This document shows positions 37,712 to 46,872 of a stretch of 64,000 bases of DNA, one piece after another. Both the position numbers and the translations under genes were made by a program. Position 1 is the first letter of the stretch; each line of letters opens with the position of its first letter. The notes under the pieces were generated by a model. It was not told the DNA's origin, did not search any database, and saw only the letters and a list, made by a program, of their open reading frames with translations. Source of the DNA: Candidatus Zixiibacteriota bacterium (GTDB lineage: Bacteria > Zixibacteria > MSB-5A5 > UBA10806 > 4484-95); the NCBI GenBank assembly GCA_037441845.1, contig JBBIRK010000006.1, forward strand, positions 148,880 to 212,879, written 5' to 3'.

Positions 37712-38389
37712 CTATCTGACCCGCAATCCCGCTATTTTCACCGCACCTCTATGATAACCGTCGGGGAACAACCTTTCCATATCCGCCAAATCGATCTTAT
37801 TATCCTTACACGTTTCATAAATCGTCGGCACGGTTTTATTTTCGGCGTATTTCTGCCTTAAGTAGGTTATCACTTTCCAATGTTCCTTGGTGAGAGGGAC
37901 TTTCATCTCATAAGCGCGGTTGACCGCGAACACCTCGTCCCAATCTTTCGGGTTGACCAAAAATCCCCGGGAATCGATCCGATAAGTTTTGGAATCGTAT
38001 TCCGATTCGAAACGTTTGTAGTTTTCTTTCAGCCAGAAATGTTGAATATAGGCTTCCCGATAAGTGATGCCGGCCAGCCTGCAGGCTCCGCGCAAATAAC
38101 CGGTGGGAAATAATTGCTGCAGTTCCCCCAGACCGAGATTGTTTTTTTTGCAGGCGACATATACCAGCGGGCAGCTGTTCATCGTGGCGAATGAATTCCG
38201 GATAAAGTGGATCACTTTCCAATGGCTGTCCGTCAAACCGACCGTGATTTTAACCGCCGGCGCAAGGGCTCTGGCGAAATCCTCATCCCATTTGGAGGGG
38301 TCGATCAGATAACCTTGCGCATCGATCGGATACCTCTTCGACTTGAAATAAAGATATTTGGGTTTGGCCGATTTCTTTCGAACGCTCAT
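37712..38389 (-). CDS. Tandem DsrC/TusE-like fusion (two DsrC-family domains, both lacking the C-terminal catalytic Cys arm).
   Basis: Domain 1 reads ...WDEDFARALAPAV...HWKVIHFIRNSF...LFPTGYLRGACRLAGI. Domain 2 reads ...WDEVFAVNRAYEM...HWKVITYLRQKY...LFPDGYHRGAVKIAGLRVR. Compare the window's own DsrC, ...HWKVVNYLRDYY...LFPSGPAKGACKVAGLAKPTGCV. Confidence 0.65.
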   Translation of the reverse strand: MSVRKKSAKPKYLYFKSKRYPIDAQGYLIDPSKWDEDFARALAPAVKITVGLTDSHWKVIHFIRNSFATMNSCPLVYVACKKNNLGLGELQQLFPTGYLRGACRLAGITYREAYIQHFWLKENYKRFESEYDSKTYRIDSRGFLVNPKDWDEVFAVNRAYEMKVPLTKEHWKVITYLRQKYAENKTVPTIYETCKDNKIDLADMERLFPDGYHRGAVKIAGLRVR

Positions 38390-38483
38390 ACACCGATTCC
38401 ACGAAACCCCGTCGCCTTTTCACCGCAGGCCTATTCCGAAAACGCTTTTCCACCGCTTCACAAGTAAGGCCGCACATTCGAAA

Positions 38484-38921
38484 TCAAGCGTAGGGATACA
38501 TCCCCTTCTTGATCTGCTCGAGATTTTTCAAAATCTCGCTGTGCTTTCTTTCGTCGATCAATAGGTAATCCAGAAGATATTCCTGAACCAGCATCTTTTT
38601 ACCGCGCAGTGCGGATAGGGCTTCCTCGGCGAGCTTGATCGTCTGGCTTTCGAGTTCGATATGATGCGCGATCATGCTCCATACTTTGGCGACTTCGTCG
38701 GGAGAAAGCGCCACCGCCTTGCCCTCAAGCGTCGAGGCGATGAACTCCTGCACTCGGTAATGCATCTGCGAATCCCGCTGGATAATTTCCATGATTAACC
38801 TGACGATCGGGTTGTCCGTTTTTTCGATAATGTTGCCGGTCGAGGCTATCGAGGCGTTCTCGATTTTCTGCCAGCGTTTCATGTTGTCAAGAATTTGCTG
38901 TTGCACTTCTTTGGTTGACAT
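38484..38921 (-). CDS. Hypothetical helical protein, possibly a ferritin-like four-helix bundle. The start is set at the internal ATG with an AAGGAAAGGA RBS.
   Basis: Recurrent E...H/ExxH pairs (MHYRVQE, IAHHIELE, ERKHSE). The track ORF, extended to 39062, would overlap the upstream gene by 90 nt. Confidence 0.35.
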   Translation of the reverse strand: MSTKEVQQQILDNMKRWQKIENASIASTGNIIEKTDNPIVRLIMEIIQRDSQMHYRVQEFIASTLEGKAVALSPDEVAKVWSMIAHHIELESQTIKLAEEALSALRGKKMLVQEYLLDYLLIDERKHSEILKNLEQIKKGMYPYA

Positions 38922-38971
38922 ATTTGAGTCCTTTCCTTGAGATTGCTTTGATAAAAGATTTCCTATTCGGT

Positions 38972-40588
38972 TTAATGCCATTCCCAGGTGAGGAACGGCT
39001 CCTTTATATCGGTCATGGCGTTGACTATCAATTCCACCAGCCCGCCGTATAAGATGTTGCACTTTTCGAACACCCCGTATGCGGAGAACAACTCACGAAT
39101 CTGTCCTTTGCAATTTGAGCACGGCGCACAAACGTATTTTTTATGCTCGGGGCCGATTATATCCTGGAACACATCCAAAACTTGCTTCAACTTCGCCCTT
39201 CCCGCAACGCTGTGCCGCCAGTCCGGGAAATTGGAATTGGGCATGATCGCAAATCCGCTGCCGCCGCCGCAGCAATAATTATATACTCCATGCGGCGTCA
39301 TCTCCCTGAAATTGGGGCAAATCGCCCGCAGTATCTCTCTTTGCGGCTCCACGATTCCCATCAAGCGGACCACGTTGCAGGGGTCGTGTAAGGTGACGTG
39401 AAAATCGGCGTTCCGCTGCGGATCGAGTTTCAATTTGCCGCTCAAAACGATATCTCTCAACAAGGTCAGCGAGCTTTCGCGGGGGATATTCAAATCGCCG
39501 GCGAATACTCTGTCGGCGACCACCGTCATCGCCTTGTGCGAATGGCCGCATTCACCTATCACGATCTTTTTGACTCCCAGCTTCTTGGCCACTTGGGCGT
39601 GCCGGATCGCCACTCTCGAAAACTGCACATCGTCATACCAGACGCCGTAATTGACACCGTCGTAACCCAAAAGATCGCTCGACAAAGTGTAGCTTATACC
39701 GGCGGCCTCCAAAATTATGGCGAAAGCCTCCGGATTCTCCGGCCAGGCGAGAAGTTCGCCGGCATTGTGGATTAAAAGCAGCTCCGCTCCCTCTTTATCT
39801 ATCGGCCACTTGAAATCCATGCCGGTTTTTTCGCGAATCTCGTCTTCCATGAATTCGATATTGTCTTTGAACGCCACTGGCGTCATGCCGGTCGATGATC
39901 CTTTGTCGAGATGCTGAACCGTTCCCAACTCGTGTACCTGCTTCGGCGCTATCCCCATCTCCTGGCTGAATATTTTGCGCAGTTCATGAGTAACCAAGCC
40001 GTTGTCGGCGCCTATCGGGCAGGTCTGGGCGCAACGGCGACATAGCGTGCAGCGATACGACAGCTCGATCAATCGAGCGATCATTTCCCACGATGCCTCG
40101 ATATAATCTCCGCTCAATCGGGAAAGAAATGCACCGCCTTGTTTGACATACCGCTTGTAAAGCTGCCTTAAAATCTGCGCCCTGAATGTGGGTCTATAGA
40201 TTTCTATCTCTCCGGATTGTTGAAATATCGGGCAGGCCTGCGAACAGGTCTGACAGCGCGCGCAATACTCGACTGTCAAAAGCAGCGGCTGTAAAAACGT
40301 CCAGTTGTTCTCTTTGGAAAACAGCTTGGACAAACCCGAAAGGAATTTCTCTACCAGCTGCCGTTTCTCGTTTTCGTCTTTCGGTTTGGGCAGCAACACA
40401 GCCGACACGCCATCCAGACCGCATTCGTATTTGCTCATCTGGTCTGCGGATAATTTTTTGATCTTCGGCTCGAGCTCGAGCTTGTTATAGGGGGGAGGAA
40501 GCGGGATGAATCCGGCCGGATCGAGTTCGACCAATTGCTCCACCGGACTATTCATGTCCTTCGGTGTGATATTCCTGTTGTCTTTCAT
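38972..40588 (-). CDS. DsrK/HdrD-like CCG-domain iron-sulfur protein (second paralogue).
   Basis: CARCQTCSQACPIF, CTLCRRCAQTCPIG, HDPCNVVRLMG and YNYCCGGGSGFAI are CCG motifs. The start was moved to the ATG at 40588, which overlaps the upstream stop as ATGA. Confidence 0.75.
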   Translation of the reverse strand: MKDNRNITPKDMNSPVEQLVELDPAGFIPLPPPYNKLELEPKIKKLSADQMSKYECGLDGVSAVLLPKPKDENEKRQLVEKFLSGLSKLFSKENNWTFLQPLLLTVEYCARCQTCSQACPIFQQSGEIEIYRPTFRAQILRQLYKRYVKQGGAFLSRLSGDYIEASWEMIARLIELSYRCTLCRRCAQTCPIGADNGLVTHELRKIFSQEMGIAPKQVHELGTVQHLDKGSSTGMTPVAFKDNIEFMEDEIREKTGMDFKWPIDKEGAELLLIHNAGELLAWPENPEAFAIILEAAGISYTLSSDLLGYDGVNYGVWYDDVQFSRVAIRHAQVAKKLGVKKIVIGECGHSHKAMTVVADRVFAGDLNIPRESSLTLLRDIVLSGKLKLDPQRNADFHVTLHDPCNVVRLMGIVEPQREILRAICPNFREMTPHGVYNYCCGGGSGFAIMPNSNFPDWRHSVAGRAKLKQVLDVFQDIIGPEHKKYVCAPCSNCKGQIRELFSAYGVFEKCNILYGGLVELIVNAMTDIKEPFLTWEWH

Positions 40589-41526
40589 TTCCCGTTGTCC
40601 TTTTTGTCCTGACCTGCGGCTTCGGTGGCCGCCTGCGCCCAGGTCTTGTTTTGCCCTATATGCGGGGCCGCCCAAGTCAATTTATAGCCGAGCGCCCGGG
40701 TGACCTCCGCTTCTATTTTACTGCCTCTAATATTAGGTTCGTCTTCCCATCTGACGGTGTGATAAGTGAAATACTTGCCGATAAAGTGAGTCATGTGGGT
40801 GAACGGCAGATAAACGAAAAACAAGGTCGTCAATATCAGGTGAAGTTGGGTGATCGTCGGCAAAGAGGGCGTGGCTTTCAAAGTAATCATGCCGCCGGCG
40901 AAAGAACGCAGATGCCCCAGCGATGAATCGGCCGTAAGCCACGACAAAAATCCGGTGACGAAAATCGCCAATAAAAGCAGCAAGTTGAAATAATCCGCTC
41001 TTACCGAAAATTTCCTCAGCTCCGCTCGAAAGATGCGACTTAAAAACAATCCGAACGCGCCGATCGCACCCAATACCCAGCCTGCCACCCCCGTAATGAT
41101 CGTGAAACCGTTAAGCAACCTTCCCCAGGTGCTTTCCGATGCGCCGGAAATCTCGATTCCCATGGTCTGCAGGACCCCTCCGATAAGCAACAAAAAGATC
41201 GTAGCCGTCAGCAAATAAAGACCGAAATGAAACGGAAACGAAAAATACCAGAGCTTGCGATTATTGCGATACAGCGATTGAATCGCCAAAATCTCGCGCC
41301 CCATTTCCGCTATTTCGCTTCCCACGGCGATCTGACGGGGCTTGGTCCACCAGTTTATCTCCTCGAAATACGAACCGCCGTAATGTTCCTTGCCCTTTTC
41401 GTGGGGAATAGGATAGAGCTCCCATCTCACGTGCAAAGGCATTCTGGCGATCCGGATCGCTCTAATAAGACATCCTACCACCAAAACAATCACCGCAAAG
41501 TAGAACACGAATTGTAACCAATTCAT
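40585..41526 (-). CDS. DsrM/NarI-family dihaem cytochrome b membrane subunit (paralogue).
   Basis: 313 aa with 5-6 TM helices, and VYLPFTHMTHFIGKYFTYH at the C-terminus. It is translationally coupled to the HdrD-like gene. Confidence 0.7.
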   Translation of the reverse strand: MNWLQFVFYFAVIVLVVGCLIRAIRIARMPLHVRWELYPIPHEKGKEHYGGSYFEEINWWTKPRQIAVGSEIAEMGREILAIQSLYRNNRKLWYFSFPFHFGLYLLTATIFLLLIGGVLQTMGIEISGASESTWGRLLNGFTIITGVAGWVLGAIGAFGLFLSRIFRAELRKFSVRADYFNLLLLLAIFVTGFLSWLTADSSLGHLRSFAGGMITLKATPSLPTITQLHLILTTLFFVYLPFTHMTHFIGKYFTYHTVRWEDEPNIRGSKIEAEVTRALGYKLTWAAPHIGQNKTWAQAATEAAGQDKKDNGK

Positions 41527-42003
41527 TCACTTACTCCCTTGCCCTTTCGCCGGTTTCCGGCTTGCGTTCGATTGCATAAGCGAAACGGCTGATATTTTCG
41601 CCGCGCCCGATGGCCGCAGTTCCGATTGATCGCAGGCGATCGATTTCCATAAAATATATTGTTCAGTAGATGATATTCTATCCGAGATTGAGAAAAATTT
41701 CTCTAAGTTTTCCATAAAAATCGGGTCTGAGTATTGAATCGACCCTTAAACTTATCGACAAAATATATATATGTATTTTATGCAATTCAAGTAATATTTC
41801 GCTTGTTGTTTCAAGATTTTATGTGATTTCATTCACATGATCGTCCGGTTTTGATTTTCGTTGCAAGACAACCTTGCCGGCACCGCTTTCAAATCCGATT
41901 CGCTTTGCGGTATCCTGCGCAATTATATTTTTTGCAACAGCTTGCGATAGTGGATAAATCACCCGCCGTTAGCTTTTCTGATCGCCGCCCGAGCGCATTG
42001 ATC

Positions 42004-42033
42004 TTGACTGCATTGTTCGTTTTAGGCTATATT
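42004..42033 (+). promoter_or_regulatory. Sigma-70-like promoter candidate (TTGACT, 17-18 nt, TATATT) for the PEP-utilising enzyme gene.
   Basis: Read directly from the 545-bp AT-rich intergenic region. It lies about 40 nt upstream of the ATG at 42072. Confidence 0.25.
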
Positions 42034-42071
42034 TTTTGATTAAATTGGTGTTGGGTCAAGGAATGGTATAG

Positions 42072-44621
42072 ATGCTTCAATGGTTTGATCATTCGAAACG
42101 CGAAAGCCGACAAGATCCAGCTTTTTTACTTAAAAAATTCCAGGGAAACTTCCAGCAATTCATCAGTCTGCTCGAAAAAAACTACCAGGTCCTGAAGACC
42201 ATGACCGAAATGGAGGAAAGGGCACAGGGGAATGCCCATTTCGATCTCAATTACGTTCGCAATTCGATATCCTCGATCCGCAGCGGACTCGTGGAGATGA
42301 TCGACCTGTTGATCTCCATCGGGGGGGAAAAATACTCACCGCTGTGGAATCGCCTTCGCCTTATCGAATCGGAAATCGAAACTCTTCTGCCGTCGATTCA
42401 AACTATCGAGGCCGACGATTATGTGATCGAAATGACCGATATCGATCGCTTCCGCTCCGGCAGCGTCGGCAACAAGATGGCTCAACTCGGCGAAATCCGT
42501 TCGCGGATAGGGTTGCCCGCACCCGATGGGTTCGCCATTTCCGCCTGGGCCTACAAGTATTTCATGGATGCCAACAATCTCGGCGATAAAATAGCGTCGA
42601 TGTTAGGCAAGCTTAACCTGAGGTCGTTCTCCGAACTCGAACGAACCAGCGCCGAAATAACCGACCTGATCGTATCCGCACCGCTGCCGAGCGACCTCCA
42701 CGAGGCGATACTCGTCGGCAGCGCTAGGCTGCTCAATCGGCATCCGGGAGCGAGATTGGCCATTCGTTCGAGCGCCACCGGTGAGGATTCGTTTTTCAGT
42801 TTCGCCGGTCAATATGCCACGTTTCTTAACGCCGGCCACGAGGAAATCGTCGATTGTTATAAGAAAATCATCGCCAGCAAATTCAGTCCGCGGGCGATCT
42901 ACTACTGCCTCAGCCACTCCTTGTCCGAACTCGACATGGCCATGGCCATCTGTTGCGTGGTGACGATCGACGCCAAAGCGGCAGGCGTGATTTATACCCG
43001 GGATCCGATCAGTCCGAGCGCCGATTGCCTGTTGATAAACTCGATCAACGGATTGGGCAAACTGCTGGTGGACGGTCTCATCACACCCGATTGTTTTCGC
43101 GTTTCCAGGTTGGACCGTTCGATTAAAGAAACGAGGATCTCGACGAAAAACAAATATCTGACCTTGTCCCCCGAAGGCGGTATAGAAGAACGTGTTGCCG
43201 ATAAGGAACAAGCCGAATCGCCCTCCATCAACGCCGAGGAAATAGCGCGCCTGGCGGACTTTGCCCTTAGGATCGAGGATCATTATAAATGCCCCCAGGA
43301 CATCGAATGGGCCATCGATAAGTCGGGGGAAATATACTTTCTGCAAACCCGGCCGCTCCGACTTTCCTTTCAGCCGGACGAGCCCGCGTTGCCGGATTTA
43401 TCCGATCGCAAAATTATCGTCAAAGGGGGGACGACCATCTGCCGGGGTATCGGATGCGGCCCGGTTTTTTTCGCATCGTCGGTGGCCGATCTGGAAAAAA
43501 TGCCCCACGGAGCGGTGCTTGTGGCCGCCAATCCTTTCCCGGGGCTGGTCAGCGTTTTCAAAAACGCGAACGCTCTGATAACCCGTTTCGCCAGCGTGGC
43601 CAGTCATATGGCGACTCTGACACGGGAATACCGAATTCCCACTCTCGGCGGAATCGAATCTTTCGACGGATTCAAACCCAACGAAACGATCACGGTCGAC
43701 GCCGGCAGCCGGATGGTGTATTCCGGGCCTTGCCCGGAAACGCTCAAAGAAAAGCAAACGAGCCGCGGCCTGTTCGACGGTTCCGACAGCGTTATCCTGC
43801 TTCGCAATATAATGAAATTCATTTCCCCGCTTAATATGCTGCACCCGAACGATCCCGATTTCAATACGGACAACATAAAAACGTTTCATGACATAATCCG
43901 ATTCGTTCATCAAAAAGGAATCGAGGAGATATTCGCAGGAGCTCAGAACCTGCACGGCCGGGAGAGGATCAGCGCGAATCTGAAAAGCCATATTCCCCTC
44001 CAGATCAGCATCATCTATATCGATCGGGAAATCACTGGAACGCCGGAGCAGCCCGCCGAGATCGACGACCGGGTCATCGGTTCGAAGCCGATGCAGGCTT
44101 TATGGAACGGCATCCTGACCGTGGGCTGGCCGCATCCCGTCAGTCCGGCCAAACGGTCCCCAAACGATGAATTGATCTCGACCTCGGTCGCCGGCCTGGA
44201 AAACAGCGAGTATTCCGAAAAAAGCTTTGCAATAGTGGGAAAAGAATATATGTTGCTCGGGTTGAGGATGGGTTACCACTTGACCACTATCGAAACCATG
44301 TGCACGCAAATCCCAAACAAAAATCATATCAGGATGCAATACAAAGACGGCGGCGCCGCGCTCGACAGGCGAATCAGACGGGTCAAGCTGATCGAATACA
44401 TATTGGGCAGGCTCGGTTTCGAAAATAAGAGCCGCGGCGATTTTCTCGATTCGAGTTTCGACGGAGCCGAGGAAACCGTAACCCTGCACACTCTTTTCCT
44501 GCTGGGCAAGTTAATAATGATGACCAAGCAGCTTGATATGGCCCTCTCCAACGACGCCGTCGCCGAGTGGTATCGAGATGAGATTCTCGAAAAACTCGGC
44601 CTGAAACCGGATAGGAAATGA
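42072..44621 (+). CDS. PEP-utilising-enzyme family phosphotransferase (PpsA-like ATP-grasp N-domain plus phosphohistidine swivel domain) with an unrecognised roughly 290-aa C-terminal domain.
   Basis: GNKMAQLGEIRSRIGLPAPDGFAISA matches the PPDK_N nucleotide-binding region. The mobile His domain is GGTTICRGIGCGPVF...ASVASHMATLTREYRIPTLGG. The C-terminal third shows no PEP-binding TIM-barrel motifs. Confidence 0.55.
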   Translation: MLQWFDHSKRESRQDPAFLLKKFQGNFQQFISLLEKNYQVLKTMTEMEERAQGNAHFDLNYVRNSISSIRSGLVEMIDLLISIGGEKYSPLWNRLRLIESEIETLLPSIQTIEADDYVIEMTDIDRFRSGSVGNKMAQLGEIRSRIGLPAPDGFAISAWAYKYFMDANNLGDKIASMLGKLNLRSFSELERTSAEITDLIVSAPLPSDLHEAILVGSARLLNRHPGARLAIRSSATGEDSFFSFAGQYATFLNAGHEEIVDCYKKIIASKFSPRAIYYCLSHSLSELDMAMAICCVVTIDAKAAGVIYTRDPISPSADCLLINSINGLGKLLVDGLITPDCFRVSRLDRSIKETRISTKNKYLTLSPEGGIEERVADKEQAESPSINAEEIARLADFALRIEDHYKCPQDIEWAIDKSGEIYFLQTRPLRLSFQPDEPALPDLSDRKIIVKGGTTICRGIGCGPVFFASSVADLEKMPHGAVLVAANPFPGLVSVFKNANALITRFASVASHMATLTREYRIPTLGGIESFDGFKPNETITVDAGSRMVYSGPCPETLKEKQTSRGLFDGSDSVILLRNIMKFISPLNMLHPNDPDFNTDNIKTFHDIIRFVHQKGIEEIFAGAQNLHGRERISANLKSHIPLQISIIYIDREITGTPEQPAEIDDRVIGSKPMQALWNGILTVGWPHPVSPAKRSPNDELISTSVAGLENSEYSEKSFAIVGKEYMLLGLRMGYHLTTIETMCTQIPNKNHIRMQYKDGGAALDRRIRRVKLIEYILGRLGFENKSRGDFLDSSFDGAEETVTLHTLFLLGKLIMMTKQLDMALSNDAVAEWYRDEILEKLGLKPDRK

Positions 44622-44732
44622 ACGACCATGGACCACCGGCCTAAATCGTCTGCAAAATGAACCGTAACTGTCGCGAGCTCGGCGATCTCTTGTAATCGGC
44701 CGCATTCGCGCTTTTTGATCAAGGAGAGACCG

Positions 44733-45257
44733 ATGGAAAAACTAACTGCAGCCGACATAATGATACCGCTGGATAAGTACCCCCATATTCCTTATTGGTA
44801 CACCCTGCGGCGCGCTATAGTGGAGATGGAAAAATCCGAAATCGATATCGGCGGAAAAAAATCTCTTCCCCGGGTCGTCTTGATTTTCGACGAGAAATAC
44901 CAACTTTTGGGGATGGCGCGCCGCCGCGATATCCTCAGAGGCCTCGAGGCCGAATTTTTGGATACCGGCTCGGCCGAATCGAAAGGACATGCTTTCGGGG
45001 TCAAGACCGATCCCAACCTACTGGAGATCTTCTCCGAAAAATGGATTCACGGCCTGAAAGAGCGCGCCGAACGACCGGTCAGCGACATAATGCTGCCCAT
45101 AACCGCCACCGTCGAACACGACGACCATATTCTGAAAATCATCTATAACATGGTGGATAAAAATCTGAGCCTGATCCCGGTTGTCAAAGACAAACGCATC
45201 GTCGGTGTGGTACGATCGGTCGATGTTTTCCATGAAGTCGCCAAGTTGCTTATGTGA
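44733..45257 (+). CDS. CBS-domain pair protein.
   Basis: Two CBS-like repeats (DIMIPL...VVLIFDE and DIMLPI...LIPVVKDKRIVGVVRSVDVFHE). The start was set at the ATG at 44733, which has an AAGGAGAG RBS. Confidence 0.65.
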   Translation: MEKLTAADIMIPLDKYPHIPYWYTLRRAIVEMEKSEIDIGGKKSLPRVVLIFDEKYQLLGMARRRDILRGLEAEFLDTGSAESKGHAFGVKTDPNLLEIFSEKWIHGLKERAERPVSDIMLPITATVEHDDHILKIIYNMVDKNLSLIPVVKDKRIVGVVRSVDVFHEVAKLLM

Positions 45258-45286
45258 TGACGTCTATAGCGAAGTTAAGGAATTGA

Positions 45287-46825
45287 ATGGTGTTTGGGAA
45301 AAAGAAAAAAACCGGACAGAAAATGTCCGGCAAAGGTGATTTGCCGCCGCTTCCAAGCGAAGTCTATCTTGCACCGCAATCCGAACGATTCAACTGGAAT
45401 CGCCTGATTTTTATCCTTCTCGGCCTCTTTTTATTCGCCGTTGTCTATCTGGCGCCGCCCATGCCCAATGCGGTCGATCCCGCAGGAAAACATTTCGCCC
45501 TTATGCGCGAGGGGAAAGCGGCGATCGCCCTGTTTCTCCTGGCGGGAACTTGGTGGGTGTTCGAAGTCATTCCGATCGGTGTCACCGGAATCGCCATCGG
45601 CGTCATTCAGGCGCTGTTTCTGATCCGACCCGCCAAGGCCGCATTCACCGATTTCATGGACCCTTCGGTTTGGTTCATCTTCGGCGCCCTGGTTATCGGA
45701 AGAGTCTTCACCAAGACCGGTCTTACTCAACGTATGGCTTATCGCATGCTGTTGATGGTCGGAGAGCGAACCAGCATGATCTCATTCGGCTGTATCGCAA
45801 TGACCGCTCTGCTTACGCTCATCATGGCTCACACTGCAGTGGCCGCGACCATTTTCCCGCTTTTAATGGCGGTTTATGGACTTTATGATGAAACCGGAAA
45901 ACCCTCGAAATTCGGCAAGGGCCTTTTTATCGGCATGGCTTATGTGGCCGGCGCGGGAAGTATTGTAACTTTGTTGGGTGCCGCGCGTGCCCCCGTCGCC
46001 ATCGGATTCTTCAAAGACATGGCAGGAAGGGAAATTTCGTTTTTCGAATTGACATACTTCATGTTGCCGCTCGGCTGGGTCATGGTGGTTCTGATATGGG
46101 TCTTGCTGAGATTGATTTATAAACCCGAGAAGGCGAAAATCGAAGGCTTAAGGGAAAGGGTGGCGATGCTTAACGACAGGCTGGGGCCGATGTCAAGAAA
46201 TGAAAAAATCTCGCTCTTGATCGTCTTCGGGGCGATCTCGATTCTCGCGCTCAGGTCGTTTATACCCGCGCTCGCCCCGCTCGATAAGAGCGCCATCATT
46301 CTGTTATCTACGGTTTTATTTTACCTTTTCGGAATTCTCGACATTAAGGATCTCGAAGAATTGCCTTGGAATATCGCGCTTCTTTTCGGCGGCGCCATGA
46401 GCATCGGTTTCTGTCTGTGGCAGACCGGTGCCGCCAGTTGGCTCGCGGTGAATTGGCTCGTGCTGTTCCAGAATGCGCACTGGCTGGTTTTCGTCCTCGG
46501 AATCGCGGTCTTCGTTATGCTGATGACCAACTTTATCATGAACGTGGCGGCCATAGCGATCAGCCTGCCCGTAGCTCTGGTAATCGCCCAATATCTGGGA
46601 GTTGCCCCGGAAGTCGTATTCTATTCAGCCCTGGCCACGGCTGGAATGCCCTTCTTGCTGTTGGTTGGAGCAGCCCCCAACGCCATCGCCTACGAAAGCA
46701 GGCAATTCACCTCCGGCGAGTTCTTGTTCACCGGTATCCCCGCCAGCATTATTTTGACCGGGGTACTTGCTCTTTTCATTCTGGTCGTATGGCCTTTGAT
46801 GGGGATGCCGATTCTCGTCCGTTGA
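45287..46825 (+). CDS. DASS/SLC13-family (ArsB/NhaD superfamily) anion permease. Candidate sulfate or di/tricarboxylate transporter.
   Basis: 512 aa with roughly 12-14 TM helices and two repeated halves with hairpin-loop-like motifs. It is adjacent to the CBS protein. Confidence 0.6.
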   Translation: MVFGKKKKTGQKMSGKGDLPPLPSEVYLAPQSERFNWNRLIFILLGLFLFAVVYLAPPMPNAVDPAGKHFALMREGKAAIALFLLAGTWWVFEVIPIGVTGIAIGVIQALFLIRPAKAAFTDFMDPSVWFIFGALVIGRVFTKTGLTQRMAYRMLLMVGERTSMISFGCIAMTALLTLIMAHTAVAATIFPLLMAVYGLYDETGKPSKFGKGLFIGMAYVAGAGSIVTLLGAARAPVAIGFFKDMAGREISFFELTYFMLPLGWVMVVLIWVLLRLIYKPEKAKIEGLRERVAMLNDRLGPMSRNEKISLLIVFGAISILALRSFIPALAPLDKSAIILLSTVLFYLFGILDIKDLEELPWNIALLFGGAMSIGFCLWQTGAASWLAVNWLVLFQNAHWLVFVLGIAVFVMLMTNFIMNVAAIAISLPVALVIAQYLGVAPEVVFYSALATAGMPFLLLVGAAPNAIAYESRQFTSGEFLFTGIPASIILTGVLALFILVVWPLMGMPILVR

Positions 46826-46872
46826 TTTCGGCGCGACAGATGCGTCCGGACTACTCAAGCATGAAATTCGGC

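Noticed and set aside
41527-42071. 545-bp AT-rich intergenic region examined for a CRISPR array, IS element ends or a small RNA.
   Set aside because: No direct repeats of regular spacing, no terminal inverted repeats and no transposase. Only promoter-like -35/-10 elements for the flanking divergent genes were found.
42603-43991. - strand ORFs (247 aa and 197 aa) within the PEP-utilising enzyme gene.
   Set aside because: Antisense to a gene with recognisable PPDK_N and phosphohistidine domains, with no supporting start signals.
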